A stretch of 64,000 nt of DNA from Mobula hypostoma. Lineage: Eukaryota. Location: assembly GCF_963921235.1 (NCBI RefSeq), contig NC_086109.1, forward strand, positions 27,592,001 to 27,656,000, given 5' to 3'. Below are positions 39,420-50,129 of this stretch, piece by piece. Positions within the stretch are counted from its first letter, which is position 1; every line of letters begins with the position of its first letter. The notes under the pieces are model-generated. The model ran no database searches. It was not told the origin of the DNA and was given only the letters and a program-made list of their open reading frames with translations. Made by a program: the position numbers and the translations under genes.

Positions 39420-40616
39420 AGCTATATTATGGGGCAAATCCTTGGCACTCTGAGAGAAAGTTGCATTTCACACCACCCCCCCCACCAAACAATAATGACA
39501 CATAAGGTTTACAGAAGCACGCCAAGAAATTTCATACAGTGGATACCCCAGGCCAAAAGATGTATCACAGTTGGGGTCCTTTTTAGGATTTGTCAATTAC
39601 TATAACAGGTTCCTGCCAAATCTGGCCACTGTGCTCCACCCCGGGAACTCATTACTATCGATCGGGAAGAAATGGCAATGGACAAGCAGTGTGTGGTGGC
39701 TTTCCAAAAGATAAAGAAAATGGTGACATCAGACACAGTACTAACATACTATAATCCTCATCATCCAGTTAAGCTTGCCTGTGACCTTACGATATATGTT
39801 CAGTCATGTCACATGTTATGAACACCCGATCGCCTTTGCATCACATTCTCTTACCGCTGTAGAGAAAAAAAAATTGATTTGGGTTGTCTTTCGTGGAGAT
39901 TGAGAGTGGCTGTACCACTGAGCTGAGAGCTGAAGTGTTGGGGGAGCTACATGTCAGTCATTGAGGCATGGTCAAAATGGAAACATTGTCTCAAAGCTTT
40001 GTCATAGATCAACAGATTGAGTAGCATGCCATGTGCAATTCAGGATGCCAACACATCCAGAAGAAATGTGGCCACAGCTGTCAGAACCACCTTTGGCAGT
40101 CTAGGGTCAACTCATGCAACCACCTTAGAAGAGACTCCAGACCCCGAGATTGATTCACAGCCAAGTCACTCCTGCCAAGCAGACCCCCAACCCCCACGCT
40201 TTGTCAGGAAAAAAAATGGTATCCCTCAAGAATATGAAATCCTTCACACCGACTAAATCTTTGGGCTTGAATGGGACATTTTAAAACTTACTATGCTGTG
40301 GACGTCTGTATACAGTTGTTGTATTATACAACATACCGTGTAGATAATTGAGGAGCATTCTCCATTGAGTTGTTTATAGCCAAGTGAGCAGTGTTGTGCA
40401 GTTAATATTTCAATAATATTATAATTATTGATTAGGCACTCTTTAAATAATTCATTACAGGTTATATGTAAAAGTACATGAATGGCACATGTCATTTCAC
40501 TACCATGTCATAAGTGTGCGCCTCACTACAAGTAAAATTAAGAAGTTTACATGTTTTTCCCAGCTCCATGTTTTTCTTTTGATTAGTTTTATGTTTTGGA
40601 GTTATCAAACATAACG
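39420..40616 (+). mobile_element. Gypsy LTR retrotransposon remnant (RT/RNase H fragments plus 3' LTR)
   Basis: YNRFLPNLATVLHP..KWQWTKQC..AFQKIKKMVTSDTVLTYYNP..KLACD at ~39600-39785; LTR-like TGTTGTG..CATAAC at ~40392-40616. Confidence 0.75.
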
Positions 40617-42228
40617 CCATCCACCGTGTTATGATCCTTATTGCCTACCTGCACTGCATTTTTTCTGTTGCTGTTACACATTATTCTTCATGTCACTGCT
40701 TCATCTTATACTACCTCAATGTACAGTGCAATTAATTGATTTGTATGAACAGTTCGCAAGACAAGCATTTCACCGTACCTTTTTACACCTTTTCAGTGTG
40801 ACAGTAATGAATCAATCCCTAAACACAAGGTTCTGTAGGTGCTGGAAGTCCAGAGGAACACACGCAAAATGCAGGGTCTCAGCCTGAAACATTGACTTAT
40901 TTACTCCTCTTCATAGGTGCTGCTTGACCTGCTGAGTTCTTCCAGCATTTTGAAAGTGTTACAATACACCAATAACTAATTATGATACACAAGGAGGCTA
41001 TTTATCTATAGGGAGCAATCCTTTCAGTACCGTTCTACATTTTTTAAACTCCCTGTATCACCACAACCTATTCTGTCTCCCTTCAACTCCCCTTTGATTC
41101 CTTCTGCCACTTACTTACAATAAGGAGTACCACCTCTGGGGTGCAGGAAGAAACCAGTATAATCTAACCTGTTCATGGAGTTAAAGTGCAAACTCCAACC
41201 AAGCTCAGCCACTGAACCGCAATGCCACAGCGCTAATTGTGCTACAGGTTCTGCTTATTGCTGAAGCCAAGTCTGATAGGTTTATACTGCTCAGAAGCAA
41301 ATTAATGCATTAAAGAACTCAAACAAATAATGTTACACTTAGTGGTAATCAGCATGAGGCCATAAAATAATTTTAACATATTGCAATTGTCACAGTAAGT
41401 ACCTGATGTAGGAAGTTTTAAATTATTAAGTGCTCTGACTTGCATCCTCAGGGCCATTATTATTGGAATTTGCAATTAGAACTCATCATAAGTCGCACAG
41501 AAAGTGGAGAACTTGCTGTGAAAATATCATCAAGGTTGCTTCAAAGTAACTCGAAAAATCTGCTCAAGAAAAACTTTATTTGTCAGGAAAATAGTTTTGG
41601 GATATGCTGAGGCCTTTCAACCATTCATCCAAAATCCCCATTGTTAAAATCTAATTGCCTACACAATACAAAATACATGCTTTATAGTTTGTAGGACATT
41701 ACAGAAACATAAACAGATTGATTATCAGTGACTTGTAGGATGTGAAATCCGTTCTCACTGCTACCATCACGGCATCACAGGAGCCTGAATACACACACTC
41801 AATGTTTCAGGAACAGTTTCTTCCCTCCACCATCAAATTTCTGAATGGACAATGAACCCATGAACACTATCTCACTATGTTTTTGCACAACTTATTGGAT
41901 TTACGCTGATTGTAATCTATAGCTTTATTAGTATGTAATGCAATGCACTGCTGCTGCAAACAATATATCCCAGAGATATTAAATTTGGTTCAGATTCTGT
42001 TATTTTTCCAGCAGCAATACAGTGCAAAGTTATAAAATTGTTATAAATTATAATATATAATACTACAAGGAAATTTTAAGATGCCATATAATTTACAGCA
42101 ATCCCATCGGTGGTTTCTGGTTCAATAGCTATATTTTCCTTCTCCTATTACTGAATTAAAAATTCAAAGACAACAGGCATACCAAATTATTAAATATTAA
42201 GTATGAGGTTGAGGGAAAAGGCTTAAGG

Positions 42229-42293
42229 CAGGGGTTCTCAACCTGGGGTCCACGGACACCACAGTTCATGGTGGGGAGACAATGAAACCCCTG
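42229..42293. mobile_element. hAT-Charlie-type MITE (65 bp)
   Basis: CAGGGGTT..AACCCCTG ends; perfect 8-bp TSD GCTTAAGG (42221-42228, 42294-42301). Confidence 0.85.
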
Positions 42294-43150
42294 GCTTAAG
42301 GAAAGTCAAACGGTTTGTCCCAGTGTACATTTACAATTCATAAGCTTTAGAAATAATTTTGATTAAAGATTACAGGTGTTAAGGATCGTTGACCATCTGT
42401 ATGTAAAAACCCGGCACCCACACACAACGGAAATACCTGGCCAGGTCTTCATATTCATAACTATGAAACATGATAATGACAGACTTAAAGCCATTTGAAT
42501 AAGAAAGCTTTTTCATTCACATTGAAGATGTCTCAGTTAGAAGCTGGGTGTGCTACTAGGAATAATGCAGACTTTCTTTTTATTCCTCTAATGTCATAAG
42601 AATTCATGTCATGAAATTGCATCCAATAATAAGTCAAGCCCCTAACTCAGCACAAGTTAGCAGCAGATTAATATTTTAAAATTAAATTTAATTACAAACT
42701 TTTAAAGCCCACTTATAAAATTTCTAATTAAAATCATTGGCTGATGAAATAAAGCACACAACATAGATGTTTTGCACACAAAACATCTTTTCTCTTATCT
42801 CTAGCTTCCCTGATCTAGCTCCCTACAGGTCCATACACACATTGCTGTGCTACTGCAGACATCCCACCCTGCAAAAACTCATTTCAGGGAGGTAGCACCC
42901 CCGCCCCCCGCAACCCCATATACACCCCCCCGCCCCATCGACCTCCAAGGGTGTATGTAATACTTTGTTTAGTGATTTTGTCTAATCTGTAAACTAAGTT
43001 GGGTATATGCAGCAAATGTGACATTAAAATATGTACATATATTATCATATTTATTCTATTACAACCTTAAGCAAGTCTACAGGGAGTTTGGCCTCATTAC
43101 GTAGGACACCAATAGCATAGCTCCTTGGCAACTAGCCAGCTAGTTTAAAT

Positions 43151-44359
43151 CAGGGGTCCCCAACCTTTTTTGCACCGCGGACTGGTTTAATATTGACAAT
43201 ATTCTTGCGGACCGGCAGACCCCTGGGGGAGGCGGGGTGGGTGTTAAACGAGACCGGAATATAGGTGTTAAGTCAACTATAGGTGGCTAATAAACCCCTT
43301 TAGAAACAAAATTGAGTGTATCTAAACGAATTTAATATTAAACACACAGTGCATATTTTCCTCACATGAATGTGGTGATAAGTCAATTATAACAGTGGTC
43401 CCAAACCTCTGGGCCGTGAAGAATGCAGAGGTACGGCGGTAGCCAGAACGCACCCAGCACATCTTTAAGAAAAAAAAGCCAAAATAAACAAGCTAATTGA
43501 TTAGGTGCCGCCCGGCACGTAGATGTCGGCCCGGATCAGAGACGACGCAATCTGCAATCGCCTCTGATCTGGGCCAATATTTACCTGCCAGGTGGCACCT
43601 AATTAATTAGCTTGTTATTTCGCCTTTTTCTTAAAAATGTGCTGGGTGCGTTCTGGCTACTGCTGTACTGCGCATTCTTCACGGCAAAGTATCGGTCCAC
43701 AGCCTGGAGGTTGGGGACCACTGAATTATAAGTCTCTTATAAGTCAATAACATCATAATATTTTGAGTAACGTTTGGATATTAAACACACAGCACATATT
43801 TTCCTTGAATGAATATATAAAATCATTGCAACACACCAATATTACTGAATCAGTGGGAGCCCTGGGCTTGCTTTCCTGCAACAAGACGGTGCCATCGAGG
43901 GGTGATGGGAGACAGCGATACTCGTAGGGGGTTCCTGATGTCCAGTCTATTCCGCAATTCAGTTTTCATTACATTCATCGCAGAAAACTCTGCTTTGCAG
44001 AAATATGTTGGCAATGGAAGCAACATTTTCAGTGCTTTCATGGCTATCTCAGGATATTCAGCCTTGACTTTGATCCAGAATGCTGGCAGAGATGTTATGT
44101 CAAACGTACTTTTCAGCCCACCGTCATTTGCAAGCTCGAGGAGTTGATCTTTTTCCTGTGCTGACATGGATGATTCACCTGGGACATTCACAAATGGGTC
44201 CGTGACCCATTCCTTTGCACGTCTTGGGTCACTGATGACCTCGTGTGCATTAAAATTGAACAGTGGGTGACAGGAAATGAGAAAAGGTGCAGCTGACTCA
44301 TATCCTTTCATATCGCCAAATCATATTGTTTCCTCGCGGCCTGATGGTAGGGGACCACT
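43151..44359 (-). mobile_element. hAT Charlie/Buster-type element, internally deleted, with transposase C-terminus
   Basis: Starts CAGGGGTCCCCAACC after GTTTAAAT and ends GGTAGGGGACCACT. ORF 43850-44311 WVTDPF..FWIKVKAEYPEIAMKALKMLLP..FSAM..KTELRNRL..LRVSLS..QAQGSH is a hAT C-terminal dimerisation region. Confidence 0.88.
43393..43723. mobile_element. hAT MITE with long internal palindrome, nested in the Charlie element
   Basis: CAGTGGTCCCAAACC..GGTTGGGGACCACTG; perfect 8-bp TSD AATTATAA (43385-43392, 43724-43731). Confidence 0.88.
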
Positions 44360-45271
44360 CTTAGCATGAAGAGAGACCAATCAGGATGCTCGCTCTCCCG
44401 CTCAAAAAAATCTATTTCCAGGATATTGTATGTAACTTCTGGGCATCAGGGAGCAACTATCGATGTGCAGGAGACTCCCGGAACTTCTGGAAGAGGTGAG
44501 ATGTCTGCTACTGCACGTGACCAATCTTTCAGGTAGGCCAGGAAATTTTGATCTAACTACCAGAGAGATTTTTACCTGTTAGGTATCATTACTGTTGGGG
44601 ACAAACCTGCCACCCTGAGTTTTAGAATCCTTGATCTCACTTGTGCATTTTCACATTACAAAATGTTATTTTAAATAAGTCTTCGAATTTCAAGAGCAAA
44701 AATCCAATTTGGAAATATTGGTTCTTTGCAGAGAGCAAGATGGTCTTATTATGCTTCTTAAAGCACTTCATTTACAAATTTTCTTTTCCTGATGTCCTCT
44801 CAGTGGGAACAGACATAGGTGCAATGGAATTTGCAGTCACAGGGATTACTTATTATCTTCACACTTAACACTTTTTAAACAAAGGCATTGATGTAAATGA
44901 GGTGAAAATATGGTAATTTTATACAAAGTAAATCATCAATCTATATTCATCAGTTACATTTGAAATACAACTTCCTGAGAAATCTTTTATAGTTAGCAGG
45001 CTAGTGAATTTGACAAGATAATGTCGCTGAAGATTCAACATCTTTGCGAACGTCAGCCACGGGCGGATTTCACCATGATGTCCTTTGTTTATGAATCTGC
45101 CCATAGGGAATCCCTATATTCATAACCATGTTGATTGCTGTTTAGTATGTCTGTTAGGTACCAGATGAAGACACGATCAAAACTCACTCACAACATTCTC
45201 AACTAAACCACTGGGCAATGTGGTATTTGTGGGAGGGAAGGAGCAGATTGGATCTAATGATGCCACAGGAT

Positions 45272-45535
45272 CGTAAACACAAAATACTCTGCAGATGCTG
45301 GGGTCAAAGCAACACTCACAACACGCTGGAGGAACTCAGCAGGTCGGGCAGCATCCGTGGATACGATGAGTCGACGTTTCGGGCCGGAACCCTTCGTCAG
45401 GACTGTAGAGGGAAGGGGCAGAGGCCCTAAGCCCCTTCCCTCTACAGACCTGATGAAGGGTTCCGGCCCGAAACGTCGACTCATCATTTCCACGGATGCT
45501 GCCAGGCCTGCCGAGTTCCTCCAGCGTGTTGTGAG
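45272..45535. mobile_element. Tail-to-tail inverted Penelope pLTR cassette with two minimal hammerhead ribozymes
   Basis: 107-nt inverted arms (45313-45419 / 45431-45537), each containing CTGAYGA-AGGGTTCCGGCCC-GAAAC-GTC-GACT. 14-bp TSD TGATG(C/T)CACAGGAT (45258-45271, 45536-45549). Confidence 0.85.
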
Positions 45536-46691
45536 TGATGTCACAGGATTAACTCTTTTAACATCAGATCATTTGTTCCCCTGCCCTCCCACTGTATTTA
45601 TCACCTTCAAATTTAAGAAACAAAATGATACAATGAAGAATTGAAAAATACACCTAACAATTCTGTGCATTGAAACCTGAGAAACATAAATATTTCAACC
45701 TCATGAACACTGATCTGTTGTGCAAAGGCAAAATTACAAAGTTTAGGGACATCATCCACATACTAGTTATTTGCCTTTCATCTTCATGAGCAAACAGATT
45801 TGACTGTGAAAAAAAATCAACCTTATTTTCAGAATTTTCTGCTTGTTTTCTGTTCTGAGCCAGACTATCACCTGGGGAGTATTTCTTACATTGCCCCAGT
45901 ACAACCAACCCACAGGTGAAAGGAATTCACTGTTAACAAAATGATTGTTTGCTGGTAGCTTGTCAATGAGAAATTCACTCTATGAGGAAAGCCATGAAAG
46001 AATGCAAATAATAATGATAGCACTCCAGCTATCAAGGTGCTTCAGATCAAAGGCCAAGTCATAAACCCCTCTGTCTCTACCTTGACCTTCAAGTCTGACG
46101 AACTCATGGATTTCTGTCAACAAAATTGGGAATATTTATTTTGATGCCACAAAACTACAATGTACAGCTGCTGCAAAACAACAAATTTCATGACATATGC
46201 CAGTAATATTAAACCTGATTCTATTTCTCCATTGTACCCAACCCAATTTATTCTTCCTCTAGTTTCTTTTCTCTCTTTACACCCTCTCTATCTTGTCTCT
46301 AAAACGCACCACTGCTCTATGGCACCACTCCCACTGGACTGGTGACAATTTCAACTGCTGGCTCTGATTCTCACACCATGTAACATTATTACCCCTCTCC
46401 TCAAGTATTGCCCTCTTACCTATCAAATCTGCAGCCATCACCTTCTTCAAAAGCCAAGCTCTTTTCCCTTGCAGCCTCTTGCTCTATATCCAACCTACAT
46501 ATCCACTCCAAGGTACTTGAACATGAAGTTATTTCATGTCCTTGTCATACCTTAGTTCCCAGTAGGAACCCTTCCAATCAAATTTCAGCACCACATATAA
46601 CATCTCATTTGACTTAACTTTGGTACACTATCTTCAACGGTCATTCTTGACCTATGATACAGCCACCAGAAAATTCAATTCTTATTCCTCT

Positions 46692-47533
46692 TGTGACACC
46701 AAACCAAGTTATCGGACGATTGATGCTAATTGGAGAGATAAGAGAGACAATGGAGGAACATTCAAAATGCTAATAAGAGAGGAGAGAAGGATTAACGGAA
46801 AAGAAACACAATTCAGAATATTGACAGACCGGTTGCTTTGAACCTGAACTGTTTGAAGTCTGATGGACAGGCGATACCCCAGCAGGGGGATAAAAAGAAC
46901 AGGTTCGCTAAGGCACGCAACACACCACGAGACCACGAGATAATGAGCCCCTGGAAAGAGCAGTGTACCCCCACAAGTTGGTGGGAGTTTGGAGGTCCGG
47001 TTCGTGGGAACTGACCATAGGCTCACAGAGTGTAAAGGTACGATCGGTGGGAACCTGGTGTGTGTGTCCGCCCTTGCCTGGGTGCCGGGTTCACCACGGA
47101 AGAACGATCGTATCCGGAACGGAGGGGTCACAGTCGGTGACCACGGCGGGATAGAAGACATAAAAGGGTTCACCCAAAAACCAACTGCGAAGACATCAAA
47201 GGTCTGCCTGAATCAAATTGCATCCCCCTCCCTCTCTCTCTCTCCAACGGCACAACAGCGATTACTGCGAACTGTACTAAGCTGAACTGAACTCTGCATC
47301 ACTTAAGACTGATCATTTTACCCCTAGACTGCGATAGTTTGGTTGATCCCTATTACCCTAGTTCTGTGTACATGTGTGTATTATCATTGCTAACCTGTTG
47401 CATTTATATCCTTACGATTAGAGTACTGTGTTACTTATTTCTTTAATACAACTTTATTAGTTCCTAGTAATCCAGACTCCAATAAGTGGCCCATTTCTGC
47501 TGGTTTGGCAACCCAGTTACGGGGTACGTAACA
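46692..47533 (+). mobile_element. Solo LTR (842 bp)
   Basis: TGTGAC..GTAACA termini; 4-bp TSD CTCT (46688-46691, 47534-47537); GATAAAA TATA-like box at ~46889. Confidence 0.82.
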
Positions 47534-49164
47534 CTCTGCTCTCCTTCACCTAGCTTCCAACTCCATTATCTGGTCATATCCAAATATTCTTGTCATAAAC
47601 TTACTTCTTGTAATGTTCTCTCCAAAATCCCAAGATTCTATTTTTGACTTCCAATATTTTCCCATTAGCACAGTACCCTTCAGTGAAATCCACCATGCTG
47701 ACACCACCTAGCCCCAGTCAACTTTCTCAAACACTCCAAGGTCCCTGTTTCATTATGCTGCTCCATCCTTCATATACAGCCATTATTTTGTTCCACACCA
47801 AAAATTTAGACCAGTGCCTATGGTCTATCAACTGAGTTAAATTGTTTGCAGCTTCTGAATAGCATCTGATCCTCCAAGCTTCTTCCTCATCAACTCGCCA
47901 CCTTCATAATCACTCTTCCTTCACGCATGTCAACCCAGCTGCTATCAAGTTTGTGATAGGTGCTTTTATAATAACAGACTTAAAGCTTCCAATAACCTCC
48001 TAGTGTTGCTCATGTTCTACTGTGCATAAACTGTGACTCATCACAAGCTCCATTCTCACTGCTGCCATGAGGATGGACGTACAGGAGCGTTAGGTTGCAC
48101 ACCACTAGGTTCGGGAGCAAATATTACCCATCAACCATCAGACTCCTGAAACAGCGAGGATAACTTCACTCACCTCAACTCTTAACTGATTCCACAATCT
48201 ACAGACTGACTTTCAAGGACGCCACAACTTAATTTCCCTCAATATTTATTTATTATTGCTGTTTGTTCTTGTTTTTGTATTTGCAGTTTATTTTCTTTTA
48301 CATACTGGCTGTTTGTCAGAATTTGTGTGTACTTTTTCCACTAATTTTATTGTATTTATTTGTTCTACTGCAAATGCCTGCAAGAAGTTGAAATATGGTG
48401 ACATATACATACTTTGATATTAGATTTACTTTGCATTTTGAACTCTGGAGCTCTATATTCATATTCTAACTTACAATGCCTCCCACTATCTGATCTACAC
48501 TGGCTGCCATTTTCCAATACCTTCTCTGTTGGTTAAGTGCCACTGGCAGTCAGAGTACAATCTGTGACATTTGAATCTTTTCTACTTTAAAGTGACCTCA
48601 TACTTAAGTTGTTTTAATCCTGCATGACTGTCATTGATCTCTGTAGCCCATTATTAAATGCCTGCGACTACATTTGAAATTTCTAGATATACAAAGGGGA
48701 GAGCCAAGACTCCCCACCTGTGGCATAGACTCATAAAGCTAGCCCTTCCAGTTCAGCTACAAATCTGAAGGTCACCCATTGTTGTCATCATACGACAGCT
48801 TGCATGACTTCTAGCAACAATGAGGTCCTATTTTCTGTCACCAAAAAACTGTCCTCACCGCACAAGAAGCCAATGTGAAGCTTCCTCTCCTGTTGTGAGG
48901 ACTGAAGAACACTCCAGAATAATAAAACACCTAGCAGCAAAGAATTGCACTGAAATGCAAAACCAACTCTCATTGAACAAACATCCTATCAAGTCAGTGA
49001 GCCTTGCCTAATTGGAAGGTAAACCACTGAGATAATTTGAAACTGTTCCCAAACAGAGAAATATAATACAAAAATATTTTGTACATAATATAAATTAATG
49101 AAAAAAGGTTACTGTAGAATAAAATTACTTGTGAGTTTTGAATTCTCTCTTTAATAATCTTCTG

Positions 49165-49555
49165 TATTCTTTAGAACATAGAAGATTGAGAGCAAATTTG
49201 ATAGAGGTATACAAAATTATGAGGGGTATAGATACAGGAAATGCAGGCAGACTTTTTTCACTGGGACTACAACCAGTGGTCATGGGTTAAGAGTGAAAGG
49301 TGAGAAGTTTCAAAGGGAACAAGAGGGGAAACTTCTTCACTCGGAGGGTCGCGAGATTGTGGAATGAGCTGCCAGCACAAGTGTTGCACACGAGCTCGAT
49401 TTCAACGTTTAAAAGAAGTTCGGATAGATACGTGGAGAGCAGGGATATGGAGGGCTATGAACCCGGTGCAAGTTGATGGAAGTAGGCAGTTTAAATAGTT
49501 TTAACATGGACTAGATGGGCCGAAGGGCCTGTTTCTGTGCTGTACTCCTTTGTGA
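49165..49555 (+). mobile_element. CR1 3' fragment
   Basis: LIEVYKIMRGID..FFTRRVARLWNELP and the GGGCCGAAGGGCCTGTTTCTGTGCTGTA tail. Confidence 0.85.
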
Positions 49556-49645
49556 TTATTACTATCTGCACAATATATTAAATTTGATGCTAATTTTATC
49601 TATTGGTAACCATTGTTTCAGGATGTGATTTGTTACAAATTCTAC

Positions 49646-49936
49646 CAAAATTTTCACTGATGTAATGATGCTTCTTTCACTGCTTCTTCTGTCAAATGCA
49701 TTAAGTTCCTCCTTTGAGAGCATTTACACAATATACCAGCCAGCAAAATCTAAATTCCTGCAGTCCTGCATCAAACAGTTGCTATTTTAATGCACTTAAT
49801 ACAATGTCATTAAGAAGCAGAGAATTCTTCCACTTAGTGCTGTCCAGCATGACCCCAAGAGGGAACTTGCACAAGGTTTTACTGATCTTCAGCTATTACC
49901 TTGTTGGAAGATCAAAAAATTCCCCAGAGAAATAGC
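49646..49936 (-). pseudogene. Putative decayed exon (..LNDIVLSALK*QLFDAGLQEFRFCWLVYCVNALKG..)
   Basis: Acceptor CTTCATTTTAG; 291 nt in one frame with several stops. Resembles the recalled DNHD1 N-terminal VLELLLAELRTLFSAVLQD..W.Y segment. Confidence 0.4.
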
Positions 49937-50129
49937 CTAAAATGAAGCGGTTGACAGTTCACACTATTTCTCCAGAATGTTTGAAGGTAGTTTTCCACTA
50001 AATTCCTAATTGGAGATCAAGAAAGCTTTGTGGATTTTGCAGGAAAAATTATGTTTAAAAGTAGGGTTTGATCCCATGTTACTTTCACATTAAATGGTTC
50101 AAACTTCAAAAAAATGTTAAAAGATACTG

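Larger units (their letters stand above)
42856..44507. mobile_element. Non-autonomous TIR element with 6-bp TSD (copy 2, opposite orientation), host of nested hATs
   Basis: CAGACATCCCACC..GGTGAGATGTCTG; perfect TSD CTACTG (42850-42855, 44508-44513); subterminal sequence matches 275-975 in reverse. Confidence 0.85.
2017..49936 (-). pseudogene. Candidate decayed multi-exon axonemal dynein heavy chain-like gene (DNHD1/DNAH6/DNAH14-like N-terminal region)
   Basis: Series of minus-strand AG..GT-bounded segments in non-repeat DNA: 49646-49936, 30136-30221, 29563-29678, ~29029-29130, 28378-28526, 27590-27696, 25677-25854, 25356-25623, 21768-21893, 9947-10184, 7953-8233, ~7400-7688, ~4081-4317, 3593-3631, 2017-2108. 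They give protein-like but stop-containing translations that are colinear with recalled dynein heavy chain tail motifs. No database search was run. Confidence 0.45.

Noticed and set aside
43850..44311. Possible domesticated ZBED/SCAND3-like gene
   Set aside because: Only the transposase C-terminus is present, inside a TIR-bounded deleted hAT element; the N-terminal part of the ORF is non-homologous filler.
45254..45644. Pair of similar ORFs on opposite strands (MSRRFGPEPF..)
   Set aside because: A consequence of the DNA palindrome of Penelope pLTRs; no evidence of coding function.
38929..45871. Additional minus-strand exon-like stretches (38929-39135, 44919-45113, 45654-45871)
   Set aside because: Correct strand and position to belong to the fossil gene, but no motif I can recognise; not called as separate features.
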